A stretch of DNA of 48,871 nucleotides from positions 180,168,039 to 180,216,909 of the forward strand of contig NC_068981.1 of NCBI RefSeq assembly GCF_001194135.2, given 5' to 3'. Of this stretch, positions 13,893-26,299 are shown one piece after another (position 1 is the stretch's first letter; every line of letters starts with the position of its first letter). The notes beneath the pieces were generated by a model that was given only the letters and a program-made list of their open reading frames with translations, was not told where the DNA came from and did not search any database. The position numbers and the translations under genes were made by a program. This stretch comes from Octopus bimaculoides (Eukaryota).

Positions 13893-14110
13893 TCTCGTTT
13901 CAATTATTGTGTCATATAGTAAATTTTATATTTCTTCTCTCTTTTTATGAAGTTTAATTCGTTCATTGTGTAACGACCTTACGCCCTTAGCCATCCCGAA
14001 TTTATTACGTAGCTGTGTCTTGTCCACCACAGCACTACATATTTTGTAATTGCAATGTTCTAAAGTTTATTGTCTGTATATATTTATGTGATTAGGGTTA
14101 TAAAAGATCC

Positions 14111-14169
<59 letters not shown>

Positions 14170-14197
14170 CAACAACAAAAACAACAATAATAATAAT
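14111..14197. repeat. (AAT)n/(AAC)n microsatellite
   Basis: Direct reading. Confidence 0.95.
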
Positions 14198-14254
14198 GAA
14201 CACCTCTATTACATAATGGACGCGGCACGTCGTTAAAAAAAACAAGAAAACATC

Positions 14255-14420
14255 CTTAAACCCAGATCTTTTAAGACTGCTGCATGAAACGTGGCAAGAA
14301 ATTCCTCAAAAGAATATTTATCATCTGATAGTAGCATGATTAATAAAGTCCTTGCATTGAAAAATGCAAGGGCATATTTACTAAATATGATGTTTTCACA
14401 TTAATAAATCATTTTACGAT
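14255..14420 (+). mobile_element. Tc1-like transposase C-terminal fragment
   Basis: PDLLRLLHETWQEIPQKNI...SM followed by KGIFTKY resembles the Tc1 C-terminus W..IP...I..LI.SM..R..AV...KG..TKY. Confidence 0.5.
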
Positions 14421-15100
14421 TGTAAGTGTGTTTATTTATTTCTCATATCTTTAAGTATATATATATATATATATNNNNNNNNNNNNNNNNNNNNNNNNNN
14501 NNNNNNNNNNNNNNNNNNNNNNNNNNNNNNNNNNNNNNNNNNNNNNNNNNNNNNNNNNNNNNNNNNNNNNNNNNNNNNNNNNNNNNNNNNNNNNNNNNNN
14601 NNNNNNNNNNNNNNNNNNNNNNNNNNNNNNNNNNNNNNNNNNNNNNNNNNNNNNNNNNNNNNNNNNNNNNNNNNNNNNNNNNNNNNNNNNNNNNNNNNNN
14701 NNNNNNNNNNNNNNNNNNNNNNNNNNNNNNNNNNNNNNNNNNNNNNNNNNNNNNNNNNNNNNNNNNNNNNNNNNNNNNNNNNNNNNNNNNNNNNNNNNNN
14801 NNNNNNNNNNNNNNNNNNNNNNNNNNNNNNNNNNNNNNNNNNNNNNNNNNNNNNNNNNNNNNNNNNNNNNNNNNNNNNNNNNNNNNNNNNNNNNNNNNNN
14901 NNNNNNNNNNNNNNNNNNNNNNNNNNNNNNNNNNNNNNNNNNNNNNNNNNNNNNNNNNNNNNNNNNNNNNNNNNNNNNNNNNNNNNNNNNNNNNNNNNNN
15001 NNNNNNNNNNNNNNNNNNNNNNNNNNNNNNNNNNNNNNNNNNNNNNNNNNNNNNNNNNNNNNNNNNNNNNNNNNNNNNNNNNNNNNNNNNNNNNNNNNNN

Positions 15101-15280
15101 GTGTTTGACCTCCCAATATCGCTTGACAACCCATGGTGGTGCATTTACGTCCCCAACTTAGCGGTACAGCAAAAGAGGCCGATAGAATAAGTCCTGGGGT
15201 CGATTTGCTCGACTAAAGGCAGTGCTCCAGCATGGCCGCAGTCAAATGACTGAAACAAGTAAAAGAGTAAGAAAGTAAAC
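15101..15280 (+). mobile_element. CORE-type SINE 3' half (5' half probably in the gap)
   Basis: TCGCTTGACAACC..TTTACGTCCCC..CTTAGCGG..GATAGAATAAGTCCTGGGGTCGATTTGCTCGACTAAAGGCAGTGCTCCAGCATGGCCGCAGTCAAATGACTGAAACAAGTAAAAGAG. Confidence 0.88.
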
Positions 15281-16103
15281 AATAGCATGAAGATATTGGG
15301 TTGGAAAAAGCATTTTCAAAAGAAAAAAATCAAAATTCTTTCTTCTTAACAATAAGGATTGACTGTTGTTGATGTCATAGCAATTTAGAAACTTTCGGGT
15401 GAACGTGAAACAATTTTTTATGCAACTCTTTACGCAGTGGTTCTCTAGGTTAGGTTATAGTATTGCATTTTAATGCAGGTTCACATGTACGGTGAAACTT
15501 CACGACCGGAGTGAAAAGAGAACTCAATCCCCTGCGTAGAACAATTATTTATGTTTTTCAATATTTATCTTTCGACGTATCGTTATTTAAAATTGCATAT
15601 CTTCAGAGCATCTTTAGGGTAATCATCAGACGTGAATGCAGTATCCAGAACCGCTGACCTTCGATACTTCAAAACTATTCATGTGTTTAGTCGATCAGAT
15701 CAAAACCAGTACATATTTCCGACTGGTTCTTAATTTATTGATCTTTATTTATCGACAAATCATTGGCACAGACATGGATAAGGCTGTGGGCGACTAGCTA
15801 CAGTGCACACGCATATACACACATACATACATACACACGTACGCACACATACACAGACACGCGTGGTCACGCTTTCAGTTATATTTGCATGCTATTGAAC
15901 TCGAGTGCTTCTATGTACGTTTGTATTTATTTTTGTGTGTATGCATATGTATGTACGTATGTATGTATGTATGTATGTATACAAGTGCGTGTATGTGTGT
16001 CGGTGTGTGAGTGTGTCTGCGGTACGTTGACACAATCGAACCTAACTTCATAATGCAACATTTATTTAATCTAATCGATGTACATATGCATATGCAAAAT
16101 CCG

Positions 16104-16159
<56 letters not shown>

Positions 16160-17137
16160 GCATATATATACATATACAAACACACATGTACGCACACATA
16201 TTTATATCTATCTATCTATCTATCTATATATATATNNNNNNNNNNNNNNNNNNNNNNNNNNNNNNNNNNNNNNNNNNNNNNNNNNNNNNNNNNNNNNNNN
16301 NNNNNNNNNNNNNNNNNNNNNNNNNNNNNNNNNNNNNNNNNNNNNNNNNNNNNNNNNNNNNNNNNNNNNNNNNNNNNNNNNNNNNNNNNNNNNNNNNNNN
16401 NNNNNNNNNNNNNNNNNNNNNNNNNNNNNNNNNNNNNNNNNNNNNNNNNNNNNNNNNNNNNNNNNNNNNNNNNNNNNNNNNNNNNNNNNNNNNNNNNNNN
16501 NNNNNNNNNNNNNNNNNNNNNNNNNNNNNNNNNNNNNNNNNNNNNNNNNNNNNNNNNNNNNNNNNNNNNNNNNNNNNNNNNNNNNNNNNNNNNNNNNNNN
16601 NNNNNNNNNNNNNNNNNNNNNNNNNNNNNNNNNNNNNNNNNNNNNNNNNNNNNNNNNNNNNNNNNNNNNNNNNNNNNNNNNNNNNNNNNNNNNNNATATA
16701 TATATATATAATTATAATAATAATATTAATTCATATATACATAGATACACATATATACATTACATCATATATACATGTACACATACACATACACATGCTT
16801 AATAAAAGGATTGTACAGAAGCCATGATATGGTATAACGCTTAGTTTGAGCAATGCCTGAAACATCAGAGTCGATCCAGTCAAATATCTTAATATTACTG
16901 TACGCCAGGAATCAGTACAGAGAAATGGAAAGGGAATCAAATGCATTGCAGACAGTTTTGTTTGAAACGCACAGCTGTAACTGTTGAAGTTATTATATCA
17001 GCCACATAGACGATGTAATGTATATAAAATATTTTGATAAAACAGGCGATCTATTCAGGATGTGTTATCAAAGAAAACACTTATTAAAGTATCCAACCAG
17101 AGAGATGTAGCCTGGACGTTTATATATCGTGTATATG

Positions 17138-17176
<39 letters not shown>

Positions 17177-17496
17177 NNNNNNNNNNNNNNNNNNNNNNNN
17201 NNNNNNNNNNNNNNNNNNNNNNNNNNNNNNNNNNNNNNNNNNNNNNNNNNNNNNNNNNNNNNNNNNNNNNNNNNNNNNNNNNNNNNNNNNNNNNNNNNNN
17301 NNNNNNNNNNNNNNNNNNNNNNNNNNNNNNNNNNNNNNNNNNNNNNNNNNNNNNNNNNNNNNNNTATATATATACGTATGTAAAATATATAGGGTAGCGA
17401 GTTTTGTTAGAAATTTCACTACCAGTGGCCTAGCATGTATAAAAAGTCAATAGACGACATATTCAATATAAAACAGTGTACATTTAAACACAAGAG

Positions 17497-17655
17497 AAAC
17501 TACCTTTAACAGGTAGTTTTACACGCTAGAAGAAGCAGTCAAAACAAAAAAAATAATACATTTAAGAGCAATTTCGAAGAGAATGAAAAATGATGTGGTT
17601 TTGGTCGTTTTGACTGCTTCTTCCAGCGTGTAAAACTACTTGTTAAAGGTAGTTT
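17497..17655. repeat. 49-bp inverted repeat (47/49 match) with 61-bp spacer, MITE-like
   Basis: Arms at 17497-17545 and 17607-17655. Confidence 0.9.
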
Positions 17656-18519
17656 AAAATGAACTTAAAACTGCACATTAGTTACATTATCATCAGCCGT
17701 TTAGCGGGTTATTAAAAGTTTAGCGGGTTATTCAAACTATTAATGCTCTTCCAACTGATCAATAATAAATCATTGCCGATTACTTAAAATTTGAGATAAA
17801 AGTATGAGATTTTGAGTTCATGTAGTAGTCGAAGCTTTTAGCTGCAAGTGAGCCCTGGTAGTCCTATTTTTAAATGCATTTCAGCTGTGATTATTCCATT
17901 ATTTTACAGACTCGCTTTTGGAACCTATAAAACAGACCGTTCGACAGGGATAACGATCCGAGACTCAGGGCGCCGAAGAGAGGTCCACCACACTCTGCTA
18001 GGTCTTCTTGTATGAGAAAAAGAAAGGGTTCAGTCTCCTGTAATTTAAGAGAACATCACCTATCGGTGCCCTAAATCAGTTTTGTTTCGCCATGCCAAAT
18101 TTCTTCCGGATGCCGTTTTTATGCTTTCCTTTTTAAACGCTATTAGTGTTACGAGAAAGAATTGGTTATTAAAGTGATTTAAACTGAATCTTCCTCGTTG
18201 GATTGCGTTTTGCTGTTAAATATTTACAATGACAAATGTGACAATATATATCGTTTAAATCCCTTGTTCATCCGCGGTATTGTCTCACTGTTGTTGAACT
18301 AAAATAAATTAAGTCACCAGAAAAAAATTCAGCAGACGGCATTGAAGACGAATGTGACGGTATGAGAGGTTTAAATCTGTATGTGTGTCAACGTGTTCTG
18401 GGTAGAATGTTTTTTATACTTTTAATGCTTTTTACTTTCTCTTCTTCCTCTAACAACATGTTGCTACATAAAATATATTTATATGTGAAACAAAAATGAA
18501 AAGAATTTGGCATGTCCGC

Positions 18520-18941
18520 GATTCTCTACTTTGTAAACAGGTGGCATATCCAATTTGGTAAGGCCTGGCAATTTTACAGGTGTATTATAATCATTGTTGA
18601 GGCTGACTATGATGAGGATGTGTTGGTGTAAATTACTTGTTATTCGAGCCAGCCATAGATGTGTCCGTTCTTTTCAAGACTGCCCGATGTTAAATGAAGG
18701 TAATGTGGCTGCTATTTGTAAAAAAAACTTGGCAAAATGCAGATGCATCTTCCTGACTCTAATGCGATGTACAGGGGTTTTGCGTCTGTAATCTCTATGC
18801 ATATTACGATTATGTAGTCTGCTGCCTTGTAGAAAGCCGGATATTGTAGTTATGTCTTGTTGGGGAGATGTGAAGCCCTACGTGTTTGGTCAACGATATA
18901 TACGTGTATGTGTGTGAATGTGTGTGTGTGTGTGTGTGTGC

Positions 18942-19002
<61 letters not shown>

Positions 19003-21400
19003 CAACACACTGATGCATATTATGTTGGTTGCATAAAAACATGCATTTCAAAATAAGAATAATTAGTTACTTTATGCATGCACACAGGCGCACATATATA
19101 CATATATAAATACATTATACCCACGTTTGTTATTTCTAAATGATGTGGTAATACAGAATTATAATAACAAGTAGGCTTGCAACCTGACAGGTTGTTTCCT
19201 ACTCGGTGTTGTTCTTGATACTGTAGTTGCTATTAATTAGCAAAGGATTTTATCTAATGAAACACTCTTATGATCAAAGGTGTTCCAGTTGTGACCACTC
19301 TGTCATTTTGTACGTCACGTCTGTGCTTGCATTGTCATATGTTTTCTTACATTATTTGATGGTAGGGTGTGATTTAAGAGAAATTTCGTTGACATTTCTT
19401 GCAGATAGGATCGAGAACATTCTTCCTTTTTTGTATAAGCGGCGAGTTGCTGAAGTGAAAACTAATATCATTAGAAAAGTTGGGGGTTTTATTGCTGTTA
19501 TTGAAGCAATCATGGATTTCCTGTTAATGATGCGTAATTACTGTGGTTGTTGGGTGTAGTGGTTCGAATTTGTGTTGTGACTTGAAAAGGGGGAATATGT
19601 TGTGTCAGTGATATTGGAGATGCTTAATGAAGATCTCTTTCATGTTATATTTCACTTTCTCTATGTAGCATTTTTTAAATATTACGTATCTGGTTGTAGA
19701 TATTGATGAGTGCGCTGATTCCTTCTAGACTTAAATGTTTGAGGTTTTGTTAGGCCTCGACTATTTTTCATATAAGGGCTTCCTTTTTAATTTTCTGATA
19801 TCTGATGAAGAAGAGTTAGCTAAATCATGATGTAAGAAAACTGTTGAATCTTTTCTCTTCGTGCTTTCTCTGCATACGTTTTGGCGGTTGGTTTTCGAAA
19901 AATAATGGCGTTTTTTTTTTGTCATAACATAAGTACATGTTACAACAACACCTTAAGTTGTTTTTGCTACAATTGTCCATTGTTATAGATGATGATGCTT
20001 CTAAATATTTTATATGAAGTTCTACTGCTAGCTTCGTTGTTTAAGTTGTATAGAAATAATTGCTTTTCTGCTTATAAAGTTTTTTCTGTTTTTGTTTGGT
20101 TGTATCTTTTTCAGTCGATTGATGTTGAGTTTCATTTCTCTGATGTGTGATGTTGGTGTATTCTGTCTGTTAGCTTTAGTTTTTAGCAGATTGGTTATTT
20201 CAGCTGCATAATTGCTGTTGTATTTTTTATGTAACGTTACGAGGTATATTTTCTAGAAATGTCTGTAATTATGTTGTTGAATGTGTATACTGCAGTGATT
20301 TCTGCGAATTTTTCATGTTGTTTCTTGTAGGAAATAATACCAGTTGGGCTTCTGAAGTCTGTAAAAGTCTTTTTATTTCGTTCATTCTCATGGGTGTTGA
20401 AAGAATGATAGACTTTTTTTCAGTAGAGAGATGGGAGACCGCTTACCATGTCCATGTGGTAGATAAATGTTTGCAGTAGAAAGGGAATACTATTAAGGTG
20501 TTGTTTCAGGATATGAAGTATGACGGGAGCTTTGTTGCAATACTATTCCATCACTCCTTGTGTTAGCTGTGTTTATTGAGCACCAGCACGTGTTCTAAGC
20601 ATTCCTGGTACGGTAAGGTATTGAAGTGTTGAACTACGTAATCTAGTAAGATGTTTGGAAGTGCAAAAAATGGTAAACAAATGTCAAATCAGTTAACACA
20701 TTTCGAGCTGCTGAATTTTGTTTGTGATTGCTTATATTTTTTATAGTATGATGTTGTGTCTAGTAATAATGATCGAGTATCATTTGTTGCATTTCTATAC
20801 TGGATTCATGATTTTATGAATATTATAAGTACTCCTCTGTAGGTTAACTCGTCGTTCCTCATCGATATACAATTCATAAGAATGTTGTGTGGGATTTGTA
20901 ATCTCGGTTTTTGCATATTAGCTTTAATACGTCGTGAATGACATTTGTAATATAACTCCTTAGTTTCGTAAAGTTGATATTTAAGCCGTTACAAAATGTT
21001 TAAGATTTCTCAATGAATAGTTTACTTGATATGTTGTATATGTGTTACTTAGGGCTTGATCTAAATTTTTTCGTGAAATAATTGTACTCATGTATATTAT
21101 TTATATTTTGCAGAACTATTCATTATGAAATAGAAGCTAATTAGCTAATGACAGTATTTACGCTTTTTCTTGTCATGTTTATTGTTATTTGAACTCTGCT
21201 CCAATTGGTTGTGGAGTTTTGCGTTGTCTGTTTACATAAGTGAATATACTGTTCAATTGCACTTTTTGTAGTATTTTATTTTTTCTTTGGTGCAAAGACC
21301 GTTGGTTGTTTCTAGGTTTCATCTGCTTCTATATTTCTACGATTCGTATTTCATACGATTTATTAGTTCCTAGCTAGCATCTCTACCATTTGATCATCAT
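18520..21400 (-). mobile_element. Highly decayed APE-RT LINE (Jockey/I-like), interrupted by (TG)n
   Basis: Minus-strand remnants in the correct order: SLSTANIYLPHG (EN, ~20470), LKHLSLEGISALINIYNQI (RT start, ~19700), PISLT..IPPFQ (~19590), YTCKIARPYQIGYA (~18550). The boundaries are approximate. Confidence 0.6.
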
Positions 21401-22347
21401 TCTAGCTGTCCCCACCACTTTTTTTTTTTTCGTTCTGTCATATCATATCGAGATATCAGTTACCTAGTGTATATTCTCATTTAAAAGACAAACAGCCAAG
21501 TGATGTTATGAATGAATGCACTGCTATTTCCAGTACATTAAGTACAGAGGGTTCCTTTCAAAGTCAATCCTACGCACTCGCACGCGTGCGTACGCTCGCA
21601 CGCACTGACACACAGACACACAGACACACACGTACATACAGACGCGCGCGCGCACATACAGTCAGGAAGGTATTTTTAGCCCTACTTCGAAACAATATCC
21701 AACCGAGTTGGGCCCCGTTTGCCTTGGTGCGGTTAAGTCCTCATGCGTTCTCTCAGTGAGAAGATTATGTATCAGTCAATGCCAAATCTTCACAGAATAC
21801 ATATTTTCGAATTAACAGATTTATGTTGAGACACATCATGCTATCAATAAAGTTAAGCCCTTTGACTCAATAATAAGATATAAGGTTTTATTTGTTATTC
21901 TTCTTTGTCCGGTGATACTTTCTTGCTAGTAAATGTGGAATACGCTTGCAAAAGAATTACAATTTGCTTTCAGTCGTAAAATTTAGTCGAATAACAATCA
22001 TATCAAAACTTCTCCCACATTTTCTTATATATATTTTGTGCTTTCTTAATTAAACACGACTTTCTTTAAATTTTATATTTCCTGATAGTCTGCATTTTGC
22101 TGCATTTATTGTTTTTTTTTTCACGTGTTATTTTTCGAATGAACGGGTTTCTTTCGGATTCAGTTGGACTTATTTATATAATAGTTCATTTCTTTTTGCT
22201 TTAGGTGTTATAATGATTTAATAACTGCCACTCGAATAACAAGTATAAGCTTACAAGGCGAGATCCTACGTTAAGGAAATAAGATGTGAGTCACTGACTT
22301 CGAAAAGATATTTATATGTTACTAGTGACTCATTTTGAACATATGCA

Positions 22348-23276
22348 GGATATTTTCTTTTTGATCGGCAGGTCAATAAATTAATTTTTTTTCAACTAAA
22401 CACTTTCAAACTTCGGATACGGGTAGAATGTATCATATAGAACATCTTTTACTCTTAGCGTTGTTGAGAAAAGTTTATATTTTCAAAGTTATTTCGTGTT
22501 AAAGTTGTCGTATTTAGGTAATTTCAACGAATCAATGACGTATTCAGCTGAGTAAAATTACTGCTGTTGTTTGTCAACAACAACTATCGGCGGTGTATAT
22601 TTCGTTTGTCACTGTTATTTATGACATCGTTCGTGCGTTTAGTGTGTTAGGGTTAGGGTTTTAGGGTTACAGTGTTACGGTTACGGAAAAAAGTGAAAAA
22701 TGAAGAAATTGGAGGGGGAAGGGTAAGTGGGGTGCCAAAAAAAGTCAAAATTCCGATTTTTGACAATTTTCCGGAATCTCCGTATCCGAAAAGCTGTGTT
22801 TTTGGCAAAAAAGAAATTAAAATTAACAATAATTTACGAGAAAATGGTGGGGGGAGGAAGTCTTTCCGAAAATAGTAGCTGAAAAACAGGAAAAAACTCT
22901 AAAAGCAGTTGAAATGCACGAACGATTATGGTGGTGACATGAAGTAAACGTGTTGCAGATACACTCGTTTATTCATACGAACGTAACTGAGATGAAATAT
23001 GACATAAATAACAGTGACAAACAAAATATACACCGCCGGAAGTTGTTGACAAACAACAGCAGTAATTTTATTCAGCTGAATACACGTCATTGATTGGTTG
23101 AAATTACCGAAATACGATAACTTTAAGACGAAATAACTTCGTAAATAGAAACTTTTCTCAACAACGCTAAGAGTAAAAGATGTTTTATATGATACATTCT
23201 ACCTGTATCTGAAGTTTGAAAGTGTTTAGTTAAAAAAAGTTAATTTATCCACTTGCCGATCAAAACGAAAAGATCC
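22348..23276. mobile_element. 929-bp non-autonomous DNA transposon with ~280-bp TIRs and 8-bp TSD (Merlin-like)
   Basis: TIRs at 22348-~22628 and ~22998-23276 (GGATATTTTCTTTTTGATCGGCAGG vs reverse complement GGATCTTTTCGTTTTGATCGGCAAG). Perfect TSD CATATGCA at 22340-22347 and 23277-23284. Termini are GG...CC. Confidence 0.85.
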
Positions 23277-23458
23277 CATATGCAAACTGCTTGCGTTGAT
23301 AATTTAGTTGACCTCAATTTGTAGGCTGAGTTCAAATTCCATGGAAGGATTTCGCCGAATTTTCTCTAGAAAACACTTTATTCCACATTACGACACTGAC
23401 GGAAATAGGTACACGTCTCAAATATTACAACATCTCAGTGTTAATAATTCTAGTAACT

Positions 23459-23743
23459 AAGGCAGCCAGCGAGCTCAGTAGTTAGCGCGCCAGACAAAAT
23501 GCTTGACGGCATTTCGCCCGTCTTCACGTTCTGAGTTCAAATTCCACCGATGTCGACTTTGCCTTTTATCCTTTCGGGGTCGATAAATTAAGTACCAGTT
23601 ACGAACTGGGGTCNNNNNNNNNNCGGGGTCGATAAATTAAGTACCAGTTACGAACTGGGGTCGATGTAATCGACTTAATCCCTTTGTCTGTCCTTGTTTA
23701 TCCCCTCTGTGCTTAGCCCCTTCTGGGCAATAAAGAAATAAGA
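23459..23743 (+). mobile_element. tRNA-derived SINE, second family
   Basis: B box GAGTTCAAATTCC, body GGGGTCGATAAATTAAGTACCAGTTACG..GGGGTCGATGTAATCGACTTAATCCC, tail GGGCAATAAAGAAATAAG. A duplicated overlap flanks a 10-N gap. Confidence 0.9.
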
Positions 23744-24708
23744 TAGGTAGCAGTTGAGAACTTGGGTCAATGTAACTGCCTCGATTCATCCCCCAAAATT
23801 GCTAGCCTTGTATCAAAATTTGAAGCCAATCATTCTAGTGAGTGGTGAAAGTCACATCACCCGTTCAAACCGAGTAAAATGTAATTGAGAACATACAGAC
23901 ATTTTTTGTATTTTTACAAGAATTAAAAGGAGTTTAAATACTGCAAAAATCAGTTGACAACTTAACCTTCTATAATCTTACCAAACCAGTAATATTTTCA
24001 GTGTGGCTTTCTCTCCCCAAAATATTCTAAACATGGAAATTAACCAGCTCTCATAAAGTTGGTTACATTCCTTAAGTACCAGAACCGATATTACAGCACA
24101 GCTGCAGATCAAAGATTTGCTACGTTCGCAACATATTTATTTAGAACTTTATTCCAGGTGTTGGTTGCTTTCTAAGCTTTTCTTGTACCTTTAGCCCCTT
24201 GACAATGCTACAGAAAATCAATCAGATATATTACAGAGCGAAGCCAAAAAATATTATATCTCTTTTAGTTCGTACAAAGGGAGAGTAATAGAGGGTGTGA
24301 GAGAGAGAGAGAGAGAAGGAGAGTGATATAAGGACATAAAAGAGCAAAAAATATGGAGAAAAGTGGGAGATAGATATATACAAGGAGAGAGAAACAAGAG
24401 AGAAATAGGCGAAAAAAAGAGACTGACAGAAACTGCGCAGAGGAGAATAAAAGAAAGAAAAGGTTTTGTAAAGGAGGTGTGAAGATAGAAAGAAGCAAAA
24501 GAGAGAAAGGATGAGGGAGAATGGAAAGTAGTAAATGAAAGGCATTGGACATGAAAAAGAGGGAGAAAGATAAAAGTGGGTAGAAACATAATGGAGGAAT
24601 GCAAATAAAGAGAGAGAGATAAAAGGGAGGAATCTAAAAAGAGAGAAAGGCTGGAGATAAATGAAGAGCACGGAAAGATAAGGAGGAAATAAAAAGGAAA
24701 AAGACAGA

Positions 24709-24984
24709 AAAGGCGGGAAATAGAAAGTTGATGTGATTGGGGATCTAAATATAGCAATATTTTTTTCTTTTAACGTGTGAAAACAATCAGTAGATCAAAT
24801 CTTTATTCTCTGAAGAACATGCAGACGGATTTTGTATCGTATTTCAAATTGCAATCTTAGTGAAAATGTTTTGTTTAATAAATATATAATTAGAAGTTGA
24901 CTATGTGCCAAAAAAACTTTTCTCATGATTTATATAGTTTTTTTATAAACATCAAATGACAGATTATCTTATTAATTTATGAGA
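24709..24984 (+). repeat. Diverged direct repeat, copy A (partner 28987-29243)
   Basis: Co-linear blocks GAAAGTTGAT.TGAT, GTGTGAAAACAA, AATAAATATATAA, TGCCAAAA, CATCAAATGA, ATCTTATTAATTT.TGA. Both copies follow a long purine-rich tract. Confidence 0.7.
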
Positions 24985-25037
24985 TCTATGTGCATATACA
25001 TGCATACATACATACATACATAAATATATATATATAT

Positions 25038-25330
25038 ATGTTGTTGTACTTGGGGATGGTCATATTGCCAGTTTAGCCAATAAAAACACACGCACTGTAT
25101 ATTTGGTGTTAATTTTTTTTTCTTTTTTTTTTCAGCTTTATATTACATTAATCTTAATCTTAATCTTATTTCGGCCAGAGTTCTTTCGTCACACTTCTGT
25201 GACCTCATCAGTGGTCCTTTGTTTCCTTCTTTCTTATGTGTGTCTCACCTTGCTAACTATCAGCCATTTTGTATTTTGTATTCCTATTGTATGTGTCTAC
25301 GCATGCGTGTCCTTCAATGTGTCTGTGTCT
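25038..25330 (-). mobile_element. Penelope-like pseudo-LTR / retrozyme-like repeat carrying a hammerhead
   Basis: Contains the hammerhead at 25172-25217. The family assignment is inferred from that motif, and the boundaries are approximate. Confidence 0.5.
25172..25217 (-). ncRNA. Minimal type I hammerhead ribozyme motif
   Basis: Minus: GGACCA CTGATGA G GTCACA GAAG TGTGAC GAAA GAAC TC TGGCCG. Full core, 6-bp stem II with one bulged G, 2-bp stem III, CUC triplet, stem I with one mismatch. Confidence 0.7.
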
Positions 25331-26299
25331 TTTGTAAGTGCATGTGTGTATGGGGAGTGTCTGTATCACCTATATTCTCTGNNNNNNNNNNNNNNNNNNN
25401 NNNNNNNNNNNNNNNNNNNNNNNNNNNNNNNNNNNNNNNNNNNNNNNNNNNNNNNNNNNNNNNNNNNNNNNNNNNNNNNNNNNNNNNNNNNNNNNNNNNN
25501 NNNNNNNNNNNNNNNNNNNNNNNNNNNNNNNNNNNNNNNNNNNNNNNNNNNNNNNNNNNNNNNNNNNNNNNNNNNNNNNNNNNNNNNNNNNNNNNNNNNN
25601 NNNNNNNNNNNNNNNNNNNNNNNNNNNNNNNNNNNNNNNNNNNNNNNNNNNNNNNNNNNNNNNNNNNNNNNNNNNNNNNNNNNNNNNNNNNNNNNNNNNN
25701 NNNNNNNNNNNNNNNNNNNNNNNNNNNNNNNNNNNNNNNNNNNNNNNNNNNNNNNNNNNNNNNNNNNNNNNNNNNNNNNNNNNNNNNNNNNNNNNNNNNN
25801 NNNNNNNNNNNNNNNNNNNNNNNNNNNNNNNNNNNNNNNNNNNNNNNNNNNNNNNNNNNNNNNNNNNNNNNNNNNNNNNNNNNNNNNNNNNNNNNNNNNN
25901 NNNNNNNNNNNNNNNNNNNNNNNNNNNNNNNNNNNNNNNNNNNNNNNNNNNNNNNNNNNNNNNNNNNNNNNNNNNNNNNNNNNNNNNNNNNNNNNNNNNN
26001 NNNNNNNNNNNNNNNNNNNNNNNNNNNNNNNNNNNNNNNNNNNNNNNNNNNNNNNNNNNNNNNNNNNNNNNNNNNNNNNNNNNNNNNNNNNNNNNNNNNN
26101 NNNNNNNNNNNNNNNNNNNNNNNNNNNNNNNNNNNNNNNNNNNNNNNNNNNNNNNNNNNNNNNNNNNNNNNNNNNNNNNNGATCTTATATATATATGTAG
26201 ATATATATATACATATATATATTTATGTATATATACCTATGTATGTATATATATATGCATATATGTATGTGTGTACTTTACATATATACAGGTATGTCC

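Noticed and set aside
17910-18010. Possible exon after TTTTACAG
   Set aside because: No good donor and no recognisable peptide.
23575-23662. Duplicated ~39 bp around a 10-N gap
   Set aside because: An unmerged contig overlap rather than biology.
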